A DNA stretch of 63,731 nucleotides, filler included, from Octopus bimaculoides (lineage: Eukaryota): NCBI RefSeq assembly GCF_001194135.2. It is 4 parts of 3 records of this genome, joined end to end, with 100 filler letters (N's around TTAATTAATTAA, not from the genome) between each part and the next. Parts side by side here need not be neighbours in the genome. Positions count along the whole stretch, not along the records: positions 47,964 to 63,731 come from NC_068989.1; 3 more parts are not named here. One strand, written 5' to 3'. The first letter of the stretch is position 1; every line of letters begins with the position of its first letter. A program made the translations under genes and the position numbers. The notes under the pieces were generated by a model that was given only the letters and a program-made list of their open reading frames with translations, was not told where the DNA came from and ran no database searches. Shown here one piece after another: positions 61,936 through 63,731 of this stretch.

Positions 61936-62899
61936 AAAGTATATATACATACACACACAGAGTATCTAAATAAAATGAAATAAAAGCAAGTTCAATACAG
62001 AAATAAGTGAAAAATAAATGAAAAAAATAACTAAAGACTAGTAGGTGAGTGAGAAAAAGATGGTAAAAAAACAGTAAGTGTGAATGTGGGGCGGGGGAAG
62101 CGAGAAATAGCTAAAAAAAAAAAAGACGAAGCTAGATAGCTTATATATAAGCGGAGATCTATTAACTTCCGAAACGATTTAATTTCACAAGGAGACTTAA
62201 GTTCTGCTCCGAATTCTTAGATAGATATCTATACCTCGAAATAGTAAAGAACCACAGCAAGCGCTAGGGTAATTCACGTATTATGTCGAATGCATTTCTT
62301 CTTGCTCTTTGGAAATTGGACTGTTTGTCAGTGTAAGTGTCCCTCTAGCTGAGATCGCAATAAAATCTATCGATTCCAATAAAAATAATATTAAACAGGC
62401 AGCTGCGACCACAATCGATAATTTGCCTTTTACTATTGAAATGCATGTTACTGATGAAAGTTTTGCTTTAAAATTATCACTAAGTGGTAGATCTTTGGTA
62501 TATTTCTCAACGTTTATAATTCATCCTGGAAAAAAAAAGAAAGAAAAGGAAAAAAAGCACACTTTTTACCACTTTATTGAAAAAGAAGATAATGTAGTTA
62601 GAGAAGCGATGAGAAAATGCAGATGCTTCTCTACGGAACATTTTTAGCGACACATCTAATATCCGTTTCGTTTATGTCTGGCAATAAACACTGAGGGGGT
62701 AAAATTGATAAGATCCTAAGCTGGACAATCGTTTCTAGCGTCTCTCTCACACGATAAATCCGTTTTCCGAAAATTTTTCAGTTGATCATCTGTCTCGTAC
62801 CCATGCTTTCTTTTAAGTCGGTGCAATACACTGAATTTACACAAATTGGCATACAAATAATAAATCTAACTTGTATCGACTGAAAGATAATTTTTCCAT

Positions 62900-63245
62900 A
62901 AATGGTAGTGTGGTTAAGAAGCGAACTTCGAAACCACATGGTTTCAAGTTCGGTCCCTCTGCGTAGTGCCTTGAGCAAGTGTCTTCTACGATATCTCCCT
63001 GCCGACTATTGGCTTGGTCGTATATTTATATATGTGTGTGTCTGTTTATATTCTTACCCCACTATCACTTAACAACTAGTGATGGTTTATTTGTATCTTC
63101 GTAACTGAGTGTTTCGGCAAAAAAGACTGATTGAATAAATACCAGATATGTATTAAGGTCGATTTATATGACTAAATCCTTCAAGATGGTGTTCCATCAT
63201 GGCCGAAGCTCCTTAACTGTAACAGATGAAAGATAAAAGCAAATT
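62900..63245 (+). mobile_element. SINE family A
   Basis: Head gtagtgtggttaagaag..ggtttcaagttcggtcc, then body and tail. Confidence 0.75.
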
Positions 63246-63731
63246 GTTAATCTGGACGATTGTCAATAGATTTTAAAGGACTTCTTTTTCATTCTAATAA
63301 TTCGAATTTATTGTAATCGAAGAATTTTCCCTTTTTGAATTCGGCCTTCCATGCTGGGATACACCAGCATTCCCAAAGTATATCTCAAGGTGCGGGAGGA
63401 GGACTCGAATCATAGCACATATTAATTGGCTGGAATCCACAGCTGGGTATTTCATAGAATAGTTGTTGTACCAGTAAGTGTAACGCTGTCACTAATCCCT
63501 ATAATTACGGCTGAGATTTACGCACCTCTGACAATTTGTCCATGCTTTGTTCACGAAATATACGTAAAATGATGAAACTAAATATTCACATAAAAATAGA
63601 AGTTTTTTTTATATGTACGAATATATATACATGCATACATACATGCATACATACATACATACATATATCTACACACACATACACATATATATATGCACAC
63701 ATATATTATGTATATATATATATATATATAT

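Noticed and set aside
62309-62647. 112-aa plus ORF (also 43901-44158 minus)
   Set aside because: Non-ATG start, no recognisable domain, includes an A-run-derived Lys tract; length is compatible with chance.

Overview
Eukaryotic, AT-rich, repeat-dominated DNA from a gapped draft assembly. The repeat families (tRNA-derived OK/OR-like SINEs, RTE LINEs with (GAT)n tails, R4/Dong LINEs, dense microsatellites) point to an octopus genome; this is inference from family recognition, with no search run. I found no intact host protein-coding gene and no CRISPR array. The long ORFs in the track are microsatellites, N-gaps or decayed retroelement frames. The one clearly intact gene is tRNA-Phe(GAA) at 31432-31504. 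Mobile elements include a decayed Penelope-like element (PLE: RT + GIY-YIG, ~600-2760), several RTE LINE fragments, two R4/Dong RLE-LINE pieces, a Tx1/L1 fragment, an internally deleted gypsy-like LTR element with 5-bp TSD, two Tc1/mariner remnants, and hAT-like and Merlin-like MITEs with exact 8-bp TSDs. Most notable: (1) three hammerhead-ribozyme-like motifs, one at the PLE 3' end, one inside a ~1-kb foldback element and one in a short PLE-like repeat; (2) a by-eye switch from CpG-depleted to CpG-retaining DNA near 37.2 kb beside promoter-like motifs; (3) repeated tail-to-tail stacking of retroelements in (AAT)n/(GAT)n tracts. SINE labels A-E are mine. Boundaries without a stated TSD or TIR are approximate (tens of bp).
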